From Eledone cirrhosa (taxonomy: Eukaryota), in assembly GCA_964016885.1 (NCBI GenBank), contig OZ024741.1, forward strand, positions 397,854,001 to 397,918,000: DNA of 64,000 bases, read 5' to 3'. Below the pieces are notes generated by a model. It did no database searches, was not told the DNA's origin, and worked only from the letters and a program-made list of their open reading frames with translations. The position numbers were made by a program, and so were the translations under genes. This document shows positions 42,351-57,300 of the stretch, piece by piece. Numbering within the stretch: the stretch's first letter is position 1; every line of letters begins with the position of its first letter.

Positions 42351-45300
42351 AATAGTCACCTAGTATCTACTAAACTATATCTGACACTCTCTACTCCCTC
42401 AATAGTCACCTAGTGTCTATTAAACTATATCCTAGTCACTCTAGTCCCTCAATAGTCACCTAGTATCTACTAAACTACATCTTAATATATCTAGTCCCTC
42501 AATTGTCACCTAGTATCTACTAAACTATATCTTAGTCTCTCTACTCCCTCCATAGTCACCTAGTATCTACTAAACTATATCTTAGTCTCTCTAGTCCCTC
42601 AATAGTCAACTAGTATCTACTAAACTATATTTTAGTCTCTCTAGTCCCTCAATAGTCACCTAGTATCTACTAAACTATATTTAATCTCTCTACTCCCTCA
42701 ATAGTCACCTAGTATCTACTAAACTATATCTTAGTCTCTCTACTCCCTCAATAGTCATCTAGTATCTACTAAACTACATCTTAGACTCTCTACTCCCTCA
42801 ATAGTCACCTTGTATCTACTAAACTATATCTTAGTCTCTCTAGTCCCTCAATAGTCACCTAGTATCTACTAAACTATATGTTAGTCTCTCTACTCCCTCA
42901 ATAGTCACCTAGTATCTACTAAACTACATCTTAGTATCTCTAGTCCCCCAATTGTCACCTAGTATCTACTAAACTATATCTTAGTCTCTCTAGTCCCTCA
43001 ATTGTCACCTAGTATCTATTAAACTATATCTTAGTCTCTGTAGTCCCTCAATAGTCACCTAGTATCTACTAAACTATATCTTACACTCTCTACTCCCTCA
43101 ATAGTCACCTAGTATCTATTAAACTATATCTGACACTCTCTACTCCCTCAATAGTCACCTAGTGTCTATTAAACTATATCCTAGTCTCTCTAGTCCCTCA
43201 ATAGTCACCTAGTATCTACTAAACTACATCTTAATATATCTAGTCCCTCAATTGTCACCTAGTATCTACTAAACTATATCTTAGTCTCTCGACTCCCTCC
43301 ATAGTCACCTAATATCTACTAAACTATATCTTAGTCTCTCTAGTCCCTCAATAGTCAACTAGTATCTACTAAACTATATTTTAGTCTCTCTAGTGCCTCA
43401 ATAGTCACCTAGTATCTACTAAACTATATTTAATCTCTCTACTCCCTCAATAGTCACCTAGTATCTACTAAACTATATCTTAGTCTCTCTACTCCCTCAA
43501 TAGTCATCTAGTATCTACTAAACTACATCTTAGACTCTCTACTCCCTCAATAGTCACCTTGTATCTACTAAACTATATCTTAGTCTCTCTAGTCCCTCAA
43601 TAGTCACCTAGTATCTACTAAACTATATGTTAGTCTCTCTACTCCCTCAATAGTCACCTAGTATCTACTAAACTACATCTTAGTATCTCTAGTCCCTCAA
43701 TTGTCACCTAGTATCTACTAAACTATATCTTAGTCTCTCTAGTCCCTCAATAGTCACCTAGTATCTACTAAACTACATCTTAATATATCTAGTCCCTCAA
43801 TTGTCACCTAGTATCTACTAAACTATATCTTAGTCTCTCTACTCTCTCCATAGTCACCTAGTATCTACTAAACTATATCTTAGTCTCTCTAGTCCCTCTT
43901 TAGTCAACTAGTATCTACTAAACTATATTTTAGTCTCTCTAGTCCCTCAATAGTCACCTAGTATCTACTAAACTATATTTAATCTCTCTACTCCCTCAAT
44001 AGTCACCTTGTATCTACTAAACTATATCTTAGTCTCTCTACTCCCTCAATAGTCATCTAGTATCTACTAAACTACATCTTAGACTCTCTACTCCCTCAAT
44101 AGCCACCTTGTATCTACTAAACTATATCTTAGTCTCTCTAGTCCCTCAATAGTCAGCCAGTATCTACTAAACTATATCTTACACTCTCTACTCCCTCAAT
44201 AGTCACCTAGTATCTACTAAACTATATCTTAGTCTCTCTAGACCCTCAATAGTCACCTATTATCTACTAAACTATATCTTAGTCTCTCTTGTCCCTCAAT
44301 AGTCACCGAGTATCTACTAACCTATATCTTAGTCTCTCTAGTCCCTCAATGGTCACCTAGTATCTACTAAACTATATCTTAGTCTCTCTACTCCCTCAAT
44401 AGTCACCTAGTATCTACTAAACTATATCTTAGTCTCTCTACTCCCTCAATAGTCACCTAGTATCTACTAAACTACATCTTAGTCTCTCTAGTCCCTCAAT
44501 AGTCACCTAGTATCTAGTAAACTATATCTTACACTCTCTACTCCCTCAATAGTCACCTAGTATCTACTAAACTACATCTTAGTATCTCTAGTCCCTCAAT
44601 TTTCACCTAGTACCTACTAAACTATATCTTAGTCTCTCTACTCCCTCAATAGTCACCTAGAATCTACTAAACTATATCTTAGTCTCTCTAGTCCTTCAAT
44701 AGTCACCTAGTATCTACTAAACTATATCTTAGTCTCTCTAGTCCCTCAATAGTCACCTAGTATCTACTAAACTATATCATACATTCTCTACTCCCTCAAT
44801 AGTCACCTAGTATCTACTAAACTACATCTTAGTATCTCTAGTCCCTCAATTGTCACGTAGTATCTACTAAACTATATCTTAGTCTCTCTAGTCCCTCAAT
44901 AGTCACCTAGTATCTACTAAACTATATCTTAGTCTCTCTAGTCCCTCAATAGTCACCTAGTATCTATTAAACTATATCTTAGTCTCTCTAGTCCCTCAAT
45001 AGTCACCTAGTATCTACTAAACTATATCTTACACTCTCTACTCCCTCAATAGTCACCTAGTATCTACTAAACTATATCTGACACTCTCTACTCCCTCAAT
45101 AGTCACCTAGTGTCTATTAAACTATATCCTAGTCACTCTAGTCCCTCAATAGTCACCTAGTATCTACTAAACTATATCTTAGTCTCTCTAGTCCCTCAAT
45201 AGTCACCTAGTATCTACTAAACTACATCTTAATATATCTAGTCCCTCAATTGTCACCTAGTATCTACTAAACTATATCTTAGTCTCTCTACTCTCTCCAT

Positions 45301-48300
45301 AGTCACCTAGTATCTACTAAACTATATCTTAGTCTCTCTAGTCCCTCAATAGTCAACTAGTATCTACTAAACTATATTTTAGTCTCTCTAGTCCCTCAAT
45401 AGTCACCTAGTATCTACTAAACTATATTTAATCTCTCTACTCCCTCAATAGTCACCTAGTATCTACTAAACTATATCTTAGTCTCTCTACTCCCTCAATA
45501 GTCATCTAGTATCTACTAAACTACATCTTAGACTCTCTACTCCCTCAATAGTCACCTTGTATCTACTAAACTATAGCTTAGTCTCTCTAGTCCCTCAATA
45601 GTCAGCTAGTATCTACTAAACTATATCTTACACTCTCTACTCCCTCAATAGTCACCTAGTATCTACTAAACTATATCTTAGTCTCTCTAGACCCTCAATA
45701 GTCACCTATTATCGACTAAACTATATCTTAGTCTCTCTTGTCCCTCAATAGTCACCTAGTATCTACTAAACTATATCTTAGTCTCTCTAGTCCCTCAATG
45801 GTCACCTAGTATCTACTAAACTATATCTTAGTCTCTCTACTCCCTCAATAGTCACCTAGTATCTACTAAACTATATCTTAGTCTCTCTACTCTCTCAATA
45901 GTCACCTAGTATCTACTAAACTATATCTTAGTCTCTCTAGTCCCTCAATAGTCACCTAGTATCTACTAAACTATATCTTACACTCTCTACTCCCTCAATA
46001 GTCACCTAGTATCTACTAAACTACATCTTAGTATCTCTAGTCCCTCAATAGTCACCTAGTATCTACTAAACTACATCTTAGGCTCTCTAGTCCCTCAATA
46101 GTCACCTAGTATCTATTAAACTATATCTTAGTCTCTCTAGTCCCTCAATAGTCACCTAGTATCTACTAAACTATATCTTACACTCTCTACTCCCTCAATA
46201 GTCACCTAGTATCTACTAAACTATATCTGACACTCTCTACTCCCTCAATAGTCACCTAGTGTCTATTAAACTATATCCTAGTCTCTCTAGTCCCTCAATA
46301 GTCACCTAGTATCTACTAAACTACATCTTAATATATCTAGTCCCTCAATTGTCACCTAGTATCTACTAAACTATATCTTAGTCTCTCTAGTCCCTCAATA
46401 GTCAACTAGTATCTACTAAACTATATTTTAGTCTCTCTAGTCCCTCAATAGTCACCTAGTATCTACTAAACTATATTTAATCTCTCTACTCCCTCAATAG
46501 TCACCTAGTATCTACTAAACTATATCTTAGTCTCTCTACTCCCTCAATAGTCATCTAGTATTTACTAAACTACATCTTAGACTCTCTACTCCCTCAATAG
46601 TCACCTTGTATCTACTAAACTATATCTTAGTCTCTCTAGTCCCTCAATAGTCACCTAGTATCTACTAAACTATATGTTAGTCTCTCTACTCCCTCAATAG
46701 TCACCTAGTATCTACTAAACTACATCTTAGTATCTCTAGTCCCTCAATTGTCACCTAGTATCTACTAAACTATATCTTAGTCTCTCTAGTCCCTCAATTG
46801 TCACCTAGTATCTATTAACTATATCTTAATCTCTCTACTCCCTCAATAGTCACCTACTATCTACTAAACTATATCTTAGTCTCTCTAGTCCCTCAATAGT
46901 CACCTAGTATCTACTAAACTACATCTTAATATATCTAGTCCCTCAATTGTCACCTAGTATCTACTAAACAATATCTTAGTCTCTCTACTCTCTCCATAGT
47001 CACCTAGTATCTACTAAACTATATCTTAGTCTCTCTAGTCCCTCAATAGTCAACTAGTATCTACTAAACTATATTTTAGTCTCTCTAGTCCCTCAATAGT
47101 CACCTAGTATCTACTAAACTATATCTTAGTCTCTCTACTCCCTCAATAGTCATCTAGTATCTACTAAACTACATCTTAGACTCTCTACTCCCTCAATAGT
47201 CACCTTGTATCTACTAAACTATATCTTAGTCTCTCTAGTCCCTCAATAGTCAGCTAGTATCTACTAAACTATATCTTACACTCTCTACTCCCTCAATAGT
47301 CACCTAGTATCTACTAAACTATATCTTAGTCTCTCTAGACCCTCAATAGTCACCTATTATCTACTAAACTATATCTTAGTCTCTCTTGTCCCTCAATAGT
47401 CACCTAGTATCTACTAAACTATATCTTAGTCTCTCTAGTCCCTCAATGGTCACCTAGTATCTACTAAACTATATCTTAGTCTCTCTACTCCCTCAATAGT
47501 CACCTAGTATCTACTAAACTATATCTTAGTCTCTCTACTCCCTCAATAGTCACCTAGTATCTACTAAACTATATCTTAGTCTCTCTAGTCCCTCAATAGT
47601 CACCTAGTATCTACTAAACTATATCTTACACTCTCTACTCCCTCAATAGTCACCTAGTATCTACTAAACTACATCTTAGTATCTCTAGTCCCTCAATAGT
47701 CACCTAGTATCTACTAAACTACATCTTAGGCTCTCTAGTCCCTCAATAGTCACCTAGTATCTATTAAACTATATCTTAGTCTCTCTAGTCCCTCAATAGT
47801 CACCTAGTATCTACTAAACTATATCTTACACTCTCTACTCCCTCAATAGTCACCTAGTATCTACTAAACTATATCTGACACTCTCTACTCCCTCAATAGT
47901 CACCTAGTGTCTATTAAACTATATCCTAGTCTCTCTAGTCCCTCAATAGTCACCTAGTATCTACTAAACTACATCTTAATATATCTAGTCCCTCAATTGT
48001 CACCTTGTATCTACTAAACTATATCTTAGTCTCTCTAGTCCCTCAATAGTCACCTAGTATCTATTAAACTATATCTTAGTCTCTCTAGTCCCTCAATAGT
48101 CACCTAGTATCTACTAAACTATATCTTACACTCTCTACTCCCTCAATAGTCACCTAGTATCTACTAAACTATATCTGACACTTTCTACTCCCTCAATAGT
48201 CACCTAGTGTCTATTAAACTATATCCTAGTCACTCTAGTCCCTCAATAGTCACCTAGTATCTACTAAACTACATCTTAATATATCTAGTCCCTCAATTGT

Positions 48301-51300
48301 CACCTAGTATCTACTAAACTATATCTTAGTCTCTCTACTCCCTCCATAGTCACCTAGTATCTACTAAACTATATCTTAGTCTCTCTAGTCTTTCAATAGT
48401 CAACTAGTATCTACTAAACTATATTTTAGTCTCTCTAGTCCCTCAATAGTCACCTAGTATCTACTAAACTATATTTAATCTCTCTACTCCCTCAATAGTC
48501 ACCTAGTATCTACTAAACTATATCTTACTCTCTCTACTCCCTCAATAGTCATCTAGTATCTACTAAACTACATCTTAGACTCTCTACTCCCTCAATAGTC
48601 ACCTGGTATCTACTAAACTATATCTTAGTCTCTCTAGTCCCTCAATAGTCACCTAGTATCTACTAAACTATATGTTAGTCTCTCTACTCCCTCAATAGTC
48701 ACCTAGTATCTACTAAACTACATCTTAGTATCTCTAGTCCCTCAATTGTCACCTAGTATCTACTAAACTATATCTTAGTCTGTCTAGTCCCTCAATTGTC
48801 ACCTAGTATCTATTAACTATATCTTAATCTCTCTACTCCCTCAATAGTCACCTAGTATCTACTAAACTATATCTTAGTCTCTCTACTCCCTCAATAGTCA
48901 TCTAGTATCTACTAAACTACATCTTAGACTCTCTACTCCCTCAATAGTCACCTTGTATCTACTAAACTATATCTTAGTCTCTCTAGTCCCTCAATAGTCA
49001 GCTAGTATCTACTAAACTATATCTTACACTCTCTACTCCCTCAATAGTCACCTAGTATCTACTAAACTATATCTTAGTCTCTCTAGACCCTCAATAGTCA
49101 CCTATTATCTACTAAACTATATCTTAGTCTCTCTTGTCCCTCAATAGTCACCTAGTATCTACTAAACTATATCTTAGTCTCTCTAGTCCCTCAATGGTCA
49201 CCTAGTATCTACTAAACTATATCTTAGTCTCTCTACTCCCTCAATAGTCACCTAGTATCTACTAAACTATATCTTAGTCTCTCTACTCCCTCAATAGTCA
49301 CCTAGTATCTACTAAACTATATCTTAGTCTCTCTAGTCCCTCAATAGTCACCTAGTATCTACTAAACTATATCTTACACTCTCTACTCCCTCAATAGTCA
49401 ACTAGTATCTACTAAACTACATCTTAGTATCTCTAGTCCCTCAATAGTCACCTAGTATCTACTAAACTACATCTTAGGCTCTCTAGTCCCTCAATAGTCA
49501 CCTAGTATCTATTAAACTATATCTTAGTCTCTCTAGTCCCTCAATAGTCACCTAGTATCTACTAAACTATATCTTACACTCTCTACTCCCTCAATAGTCA
49601 CCTAGTATCTACTAAACTATATCTGACACTCTCTACTCCCTCAATAGTCACCTAGTGTCTATTAAACTATATCCTAGTCTCTCTAGTCCCTCAATAGTCA
49701 CCTAGTATCTACTAAACTACATCTTAATATATCTAGTCCCTCAATTGTCACCTTGTATCTACTAAACTATATCTTAGTCTCTCTAGTCCCTCAATAGTCA
49801 GCTAGTATCTACTAAACTATATCTTACACTCTCTACTCCCTCAATAGTCACCTAGTATCTACTAAACTATATCTTAGTCTCTCTAGACCCTCAATAGTCA
49901 CCTATTATCTACTAAACTATATCTTAGTCTCTCTTGTCCTTCAATAGTCACCTAGTATCTACTAACCTATATCTTAGTCTCTCTAGTCCCTCAATGGTCA
50001 CCTAGTATCTACTAAACTATATCTTAGTCTCTCTACTCCCTCAATAGTCACCTAGTATCTACTAAACTACATCTTAGTCTCTCTAGTCCCTCAATAGTCA
50101 CCTAGTATCTACTAAACTATATCTTAGTCTCTCTACTCCCTCAATAGTCACCTAGTATCTACTAAACTACATCTTAGTCTCTCTAGTCCCTCAATAGTCA
50201 CCTAGTATCTAGTAAACTATATCTTACACTCTCTACTCCCTCAATAGTCACCTAGTATCTACTAAACTACATCTTAGTATCTCTAGTCCCTCAATTGTCA
50301 CCTAGTACCTACTAAACTATATCTTAGTCTCTCTACTCCCTCAATAGTCACCTAGAATCTACTAAACTATATCTTAGTCTCTCTAGTCCTTCAATAGTCA
50401 CCTAGTATCTACTAAACTATATCTTAGTCTCTCTAGTCCCTCAATAGTCACCTAGTATCTACTAAACTATATCTTACATTCTCTACTCCCTCAATAGTCA
50501 CCTAGTATCTACTAAACTACATCTTAGTATCTCTAGTCCCTCAATTGTCACTTAGTATCTACTAAACTATATCTTAGTCTCTCTAGTCCCTCAATAGTCA
50601 CCTAGTATCTACTAAACTATATCTTAGTCTCTCTAGTCCCTCAATAGTCACCTAGTATCTATTAAACTATATCTTAGTCTCTCTAGTCCCTCAATAGTCA
50701 CCTAGTATCTACTAAACTATATCTTACACTCTCTACTCCCTCAATAGTCACCTAGTATCTACTAAACTATATCTGACACTCTCTACTCCCTCAATATTCA
50801 CCTAGTGTCTATTAAACTATATCCTAGTCACTCTAGTCCCTCAATAGTCACCTAGTATCTACTAAACTACATCTTAATATATCTAGTCCCTCAATTGTCA
50901 CCTAGTATCTACTAAACTATATCTTAGTCTCTCTACTCCCTCCATAGTCACCTAGTATCTACTAAACTATATCTTAGTCTCTCTAGTCTTTCAATAGTCA
51001 ACTAGTATCTACTAAACTATATTTTAGTCTCTCTAGTCCATCAATAGTCACCTAGTATCTACTAAACTATATTTAATCTCTCTACTCCCTCAATAGTCAC
51101 CTAGTATCTACTAAACTATATCTTACTCTCTCTACTCCCTCAATAGTCATCTAGTATCTACTAAACTACATCTTAGACTCTCTATTCCCTCAATAGTCTC
51201 CTTGTATCTACTAAACTATATCTTAGTCTCTCTAGTCCCTCAATAGTCACCTAGTATCTACTAAACTATATGTTAGTCTCTCTACTCCCTCAATAGTCAC

Positions 51301-54300
51301 CTAGTATCTACTAAACTACATCTTAGTATCTCTAGTCCCTCAATTGTCACCTAGTATCTACTAAACTATATCTTAGTCTCTCTAGTCCCTCAATTGTCAC
51401 CTAGTATCTATTAACTATATCTTAATCTCTCTACTCCCTCAATAGTCACCTAGTGTCTATTAAACTATATCCTAGTCTCTCTAGTCCCTCAATAGTCACC
51501 TAGTATCTACTAAACTACATCTTAATATATCCCTCAATTGTCACCTAGTATCTACTAAACTATATCTTAGTCTCTCTACTCCCTCCATAGTCACCTAGTA
51601 TCTACTAAACTATATCTTAGTCTCTCTAGTCCCTCAATAGTCAACTAGTATCTACTAAACTATATTTTAGTCTCTCTAGTCCCTCAATAGTCACCTAGTA
51701 TCTACTAAACTATATTTAATCTCTCTACTCCCTCAATAGTCACCTAGTATCTACTAAACTATATCTTAGTCTCTCTACTCCCTCAATAGTCATCTAGTAT
51801 CTACTAAACTACATCTTAGACTCTCTACTCCCTCAATAGTCACCTTGTATCTACTAAACTATATCTTAGTCTCTCTAGTCCCTCAATAGTCACCTAGTAT
51901 CTACTAAACTATATGTTAGTCTCTCTACTCCCTCAATAGTCACCTAGTATCTACTAAACTACATCTTAGTATCTCTAGTCCCTCAATTGTCACCTAGTAT
52001 CTACTAAACTATATCTTAGTCTCTCTAGTCCCTCAATTGTCACCTAGTATCTATTAACTATATCTTAATCTCTCTACTCCCTCAATAGTCACCTAGTATC
52101 TACTAAACTATATCTTAGTCTCTCTAGTCCCTCAATAGTCACCTAGTATCTACTAAACTATATCTTAGTCTCTCTAGTCCCTCAATAGTCACCTAGTATC
52201 TATTAAACTATATCTTAGTCTCTCTAGTCCCTCAATAGTCACCTAGTATCTACTAAAGTATATCTTACACTCTCTACTCCCTCAATAGTCACCTAGTATC
52301 TACTAAACTATATCTGACACTCTCTACTCCCTCAATAGTCACCTATTGTCTATTAAACTATATCCTAGTCACTCTAGTCCCTCAATAGTCACCTAGTATC
52401 TACTAAACTATATCTTAATATATCTAGTCCCTCAATTGTCACCTAGTATCTACTAAACTATATCTTACACTCTCTACTCCCTCAATAGTCACCTAGTATC
52501 TACTAAACTATATCTTAGTCTCTCTAGACCCTCAATAGTCACCTATTATCTACTAAACTATATCTTAGTCTCTCTTGTCCCTCAATAGTCACCTAGTATC
52601 TACTAAACTATATCTTAGTCTCTCTAGTCCCTCAATGGTCACCTAGTATCTACTAAACTATATCTTAGTCTCTCTACTCCCTCAATAGTCACCTAGTAGC
52701 TACTAAACTATATCTTAGTCTCTCTACTCCCTCAATAGTCACCTAGTATCTACTAAACTACATCTTAGTCTCTCTAGTCCCTCAATAGTCACCTAGTATC
52801 TACTAAACTATATCTTAGTCTCTCTAGTCCCTCAATAGTCACCTTGTATCTACTAAACTATATCTTATCTCTCTACTCCCTCAATAGTCATCTAGTATCT
52901 ACTAAACTACATCTTAGACTCTCTACTCCCTCAATAGTCACCTTGTATCTACTAAACTATATCTTAGTCTCTCTAGTCCCTCAATAGTCACCTAGTATCT
53001 ACTAAACTATATCTTAGTCTCTCTAGTCCCTCAATAGTCACCTAGTATCTACTAAACTATATCTTACACTCTCTACTCCCTCAATAGTCACCTAGTATCT
53101 ACTAAACTACATCTTAGTATCTCTAGTCCCTCAATAGTCACCTAGTATCTACTAAACTACATCTTAGGCTCTCTAGTCCCTCAATAGTCACCTAGTATCT
53201 ATTAAACTATATCTTAGTCTCTCTAGTCCCTCAATAGTCACCTAGTATCTACTAAACTATATCTTACACTCTCTACTCCCTCAATAGTCACCTAGTATCT
53301 ACTAAACTATATCTGACACTCTCTACTCCCTCAATAGTCACCTAGTGTCTATTAAACTATATCCTAGTCTCTCTAGTCCCTCAATAGTCACCTAGTATCT
53401 ACTAAACTACATCTTAATATATCTAGTCCCTCAATTGTCACCTAGTATCTACTAAACTATATCTTAGACTCTCTACTCCCTCCATAGTCACCTAGTATCT
53501 ACTAAACTATATCTTAGTCTCTCTAGTCCCTCAATAGTCACCTTGTATCTACTAAACTACATCTTAATATATCTAGTCCCTCAATTGTCACCTAGTATCT
53601 ACTAAACTATATCTTAGTCTCTCTAGTCCCTCAATAGTCAACTAGTATCTACTAAACTATATTTTAGTCTCTCTAGTCCCTCAATAGTCACCTAGTATCT
53701 ACTAAACTATATTTAATCTCTCTACTCCCTCAATAGTCACCTAGTATCTACTAAATTATATCTTAGTCTCTCTACTCCCTCAATAGTCATCTAGTATCTA
53801 CTAAACTACATCTTAGACTCTCTACTCCCTCAATAGTCACCTTGTATCTACTAAACTATATCTTAGTCTCTCTAGTCCCTCAATAATCAGCTAGTATCTA
53901 CTAAACTATATCTTACACTCTCTACTCCCTCAATAGTCACCTAGTATCTACTAAACTATATCTTAGTCTCTCTAGACCCTCAATAGTCACCTATTATCTA
54001 ATAAACTATATCTTAGTCTCTCTTGTCCCTCAATAGTCACCTAGTATCTACTAAACTATATCTTAGTCTCTCTAGTCCCTCAATGGTCACCTAGTATCTA
54101 CTAAACTATATCTTAGTCTCTCTACTCCCTCAATAGTCACCTAGTATCTACTAAACTATATCTTAGTCTCTCTACTCCCTCAATAGTCACCTAGTATCTA
54201 CTAAACTACATCTTAGTCTCTCTAGTCCCTCAATAGTCACCTAGTATCTACTAAACTATATCTTAGTCTCTCTAGTCCCTCAATAGTCACCTAGTATCTA

Positions 54301-57300
54301 CTAAACTATATCTTATCTCTCTACTCCCTCAATAGTCATCTAGTATCTACTAAACTACATCTTAGACTCTCTACTCCCTCAATAGTCACCTTGTATCTAC
54401 TAAACTATATCTTAGTCTCTCTAGTCCCTCAATAGTCACCTAGTATCTACTAAACTATATCTTACATTCTCTACTCCCTCAATAGTCACCTAGTATCTAC
54501 TAAACTACATCTTAGTATCTGGAGTCCCTCAATTGTCACGTAGTATCTACTAAACTATATCTTAGTCTCTCTAGTCCCTCAATAGTCACCTAGTATCTAC
54601 TAAACTATATCTTACACTCTCTACTCCCTCAATAGTCGCCTAGTATCTACTAAACTACATCTTAGTATCTCTAGTCCCTCAATAGTCACCTAGTATCTAC
54701 TAAACTACATCTTAGGCTCTCTAGTCCCTCAATAGTCACCTAGTATCTATTAAACTATATCTTAGTCTCTCTAGTCCCTCAATAGTCACCTAGTATCTAC
54801 TAAACTATATCTTACACTCTCTACTCCCTCAATAGTCACCTAGTATCTACTAAACTATATCTGACACTCTCTACTCCCTCAATAGTCACCTAGTGTCTAT
54901 TAAACTATATCCTAGTCTCTCTAGTCCCTCAATAGTCACCTAGTATCTACTAAACTACATCTTAATATATCTAGTCCCTCAATTGTCACCTAGTATCTAC
55001 TAAACTATATCTTAGTCTCTCGACTCCCTCCATAGTCACCTAATATCTACTAAACTATATCTTAGTCTCTCTTGTCCCTCAATAGTCAACTAGTATCTAC
55101 TAAACTATATTTTAGTCTCTCTAGTGCATCAATAGTCACCTAGTATCTACTAAACTATATTTAATCTCTCTACTCCCTCAATAGTCACCTAGTATCTACT
55201 AAACTATATCTTAGTCTCTCTACTCCCTCAATAGTCATCTAATATCTACTAAACTACATCTTAGACTCTCTACTCTTTCAATAGTCACCTTGTATCTACT
55301 AAACTATATCTTAGTCTCTCTAGTCCCTCAATAGTCACCTAGTATCTACTAAACTATATGTTAGTCTCTCTGCTCCCTCAATAGTCACCTAGTATCTACT
55401 AAACTACATCTTAGTATCTCTAGTCCCTCAATTGTCACCTAGTATCTACTAAACTATATCTTAGTCTCTCTAGTCCCTCAATAGTCACCTAGTATCTACT
55501 AAACTACATCTTAATATATCTAGTCCCTCAATTGTCACCTAGTATCTACTAAACTATATCTTAGTCTCTCTACTCTCTCCATAGTCACCTAGTATCTACT
55601 AAACTATATCTTAGTCTCTCTAGTCCCTCAATAGTCAACTAGTATCTACTAAACTATATTTTAGTCTCTCTAGTCCCTCAATAGTCACCTAGTATCTACT
55701 AAACTATATTTAATCTCTCTACTCCCTCAATAGTCACCTAGTATCTACTAAACTATATCTTAGTCTCTCTACTCCCTCAATAGTCATCTAGTATCTACTA
55801 AACTACATCTTAGACTCTCTACTCCCTCAATAGTCACCTTGTATCTACTAAACTATATCTTAGTCTCTCTAGTCCCTCAATAGTCAGCTAGTATCTACTA
55901 AACTATATCTTACACTCTCTACTCCCTCAATAGTCACCTAGTATCTACTAAACTATATCTTAGTCTCTCTAGACCCTCAATAGTCACCTATTATCTACTA
56001 AACTATATCTTAGTCTCTCTTGTCCCTCAATAGTCACCTAGTATCTACTAAACTATATCTTAGTCTCTCTAGTCCCTCAATGGTCACCTAGTATCTACTA
56101 AACTATATCTTAGTCTCTCTACTCCCTCAATAGTCACCTAGTATCTACTAAACTATATCTTACTCTCTCTACTCCCTCAATAGTCACCTAGTATCTACTA
56201 AACTACATCTTAGTCTCTCTAGTCCCTCAATAGTCACCTAGTATCTACTAAACTATATCTTAGTCTCTCTAGTCCCTCAATAGTCACCTAGTATCTACTA
56301 AACTATATCTTATCTCTCTACTCCCTCAATAGTCATCTAGTATCTACTAAACTACATCTTAGACTCTCTACTCCCTCAATAGTCACCTTGTATCTACTAA
56401 ACTATATCTTAGTCTCTCTAGTCCCTCAATAGTCAGCTAGTATCTACTAAACTATATCTTACACTCTCTACTTCCTCAATAGTCACCTAGTATCTACTAA
56501 ACTATATCTTAGTCTCTCTAGACCCTCAATAGTCACCTATTATCTACTAAACTATATCTTAGTCTCTCTTGTCCCTCAATAGTCACCTAGTATCTACTAA
56601 CCTATATCTTAGTCTCTCTAGTCCCTCAATGGTCACCTAGTATCTACTAAACTATATCTTAGTCTCTCTACTCCCTCAATAGTCACCTAGTATCTACTAA
56701 ACTATATCTTAGACTCTCTACTCCCTCAATAGTCACCTAGTATCTACTAAACTACATCTTAGTCTCTCTAGTCCCTCAATAGTCACCTAGTATCTAGTAA
56801 ACTATATCTTACACTCTCTACTCCCTCAATAGTCACCTAGTATCTACTAAACTACATCTTAGTATCTCTAGTCCCTCAATTGTCACCTAGTACCTACTAA
56901 ACTATATCATAGTCTCTCTACTCCCTCAATAGTCACCTAGAATCTACTAAACTATATCTTAGTCTCTCTAGTCCTTCAATAGTCACCTAGTATCTACTAA
57001 ACTATATCTTAGTCTCTCTAGTCCCTCAATAGTCACCTAGTATCTACTAAACTATATCTTACATTCTCTACTCCCTCAATAGTCACCTAGTATCTACTAA
57101 ACTACATCTTAGTATCTCTAGTCCCTCAATTGTTACGTAGTATCTACTAAACTATGTCTTAGTCTCTCTAGTCCCTCAATAGTCACCTAGTATCTACTAA
57201 ACTATATCTTAGTCTCTCTAGTCCCTCAATAGTCACCTAGTATCTACTAAACTATATCTTACACTCTCTACTCCCTCAATAGTCACCTAGTATCTACTAA

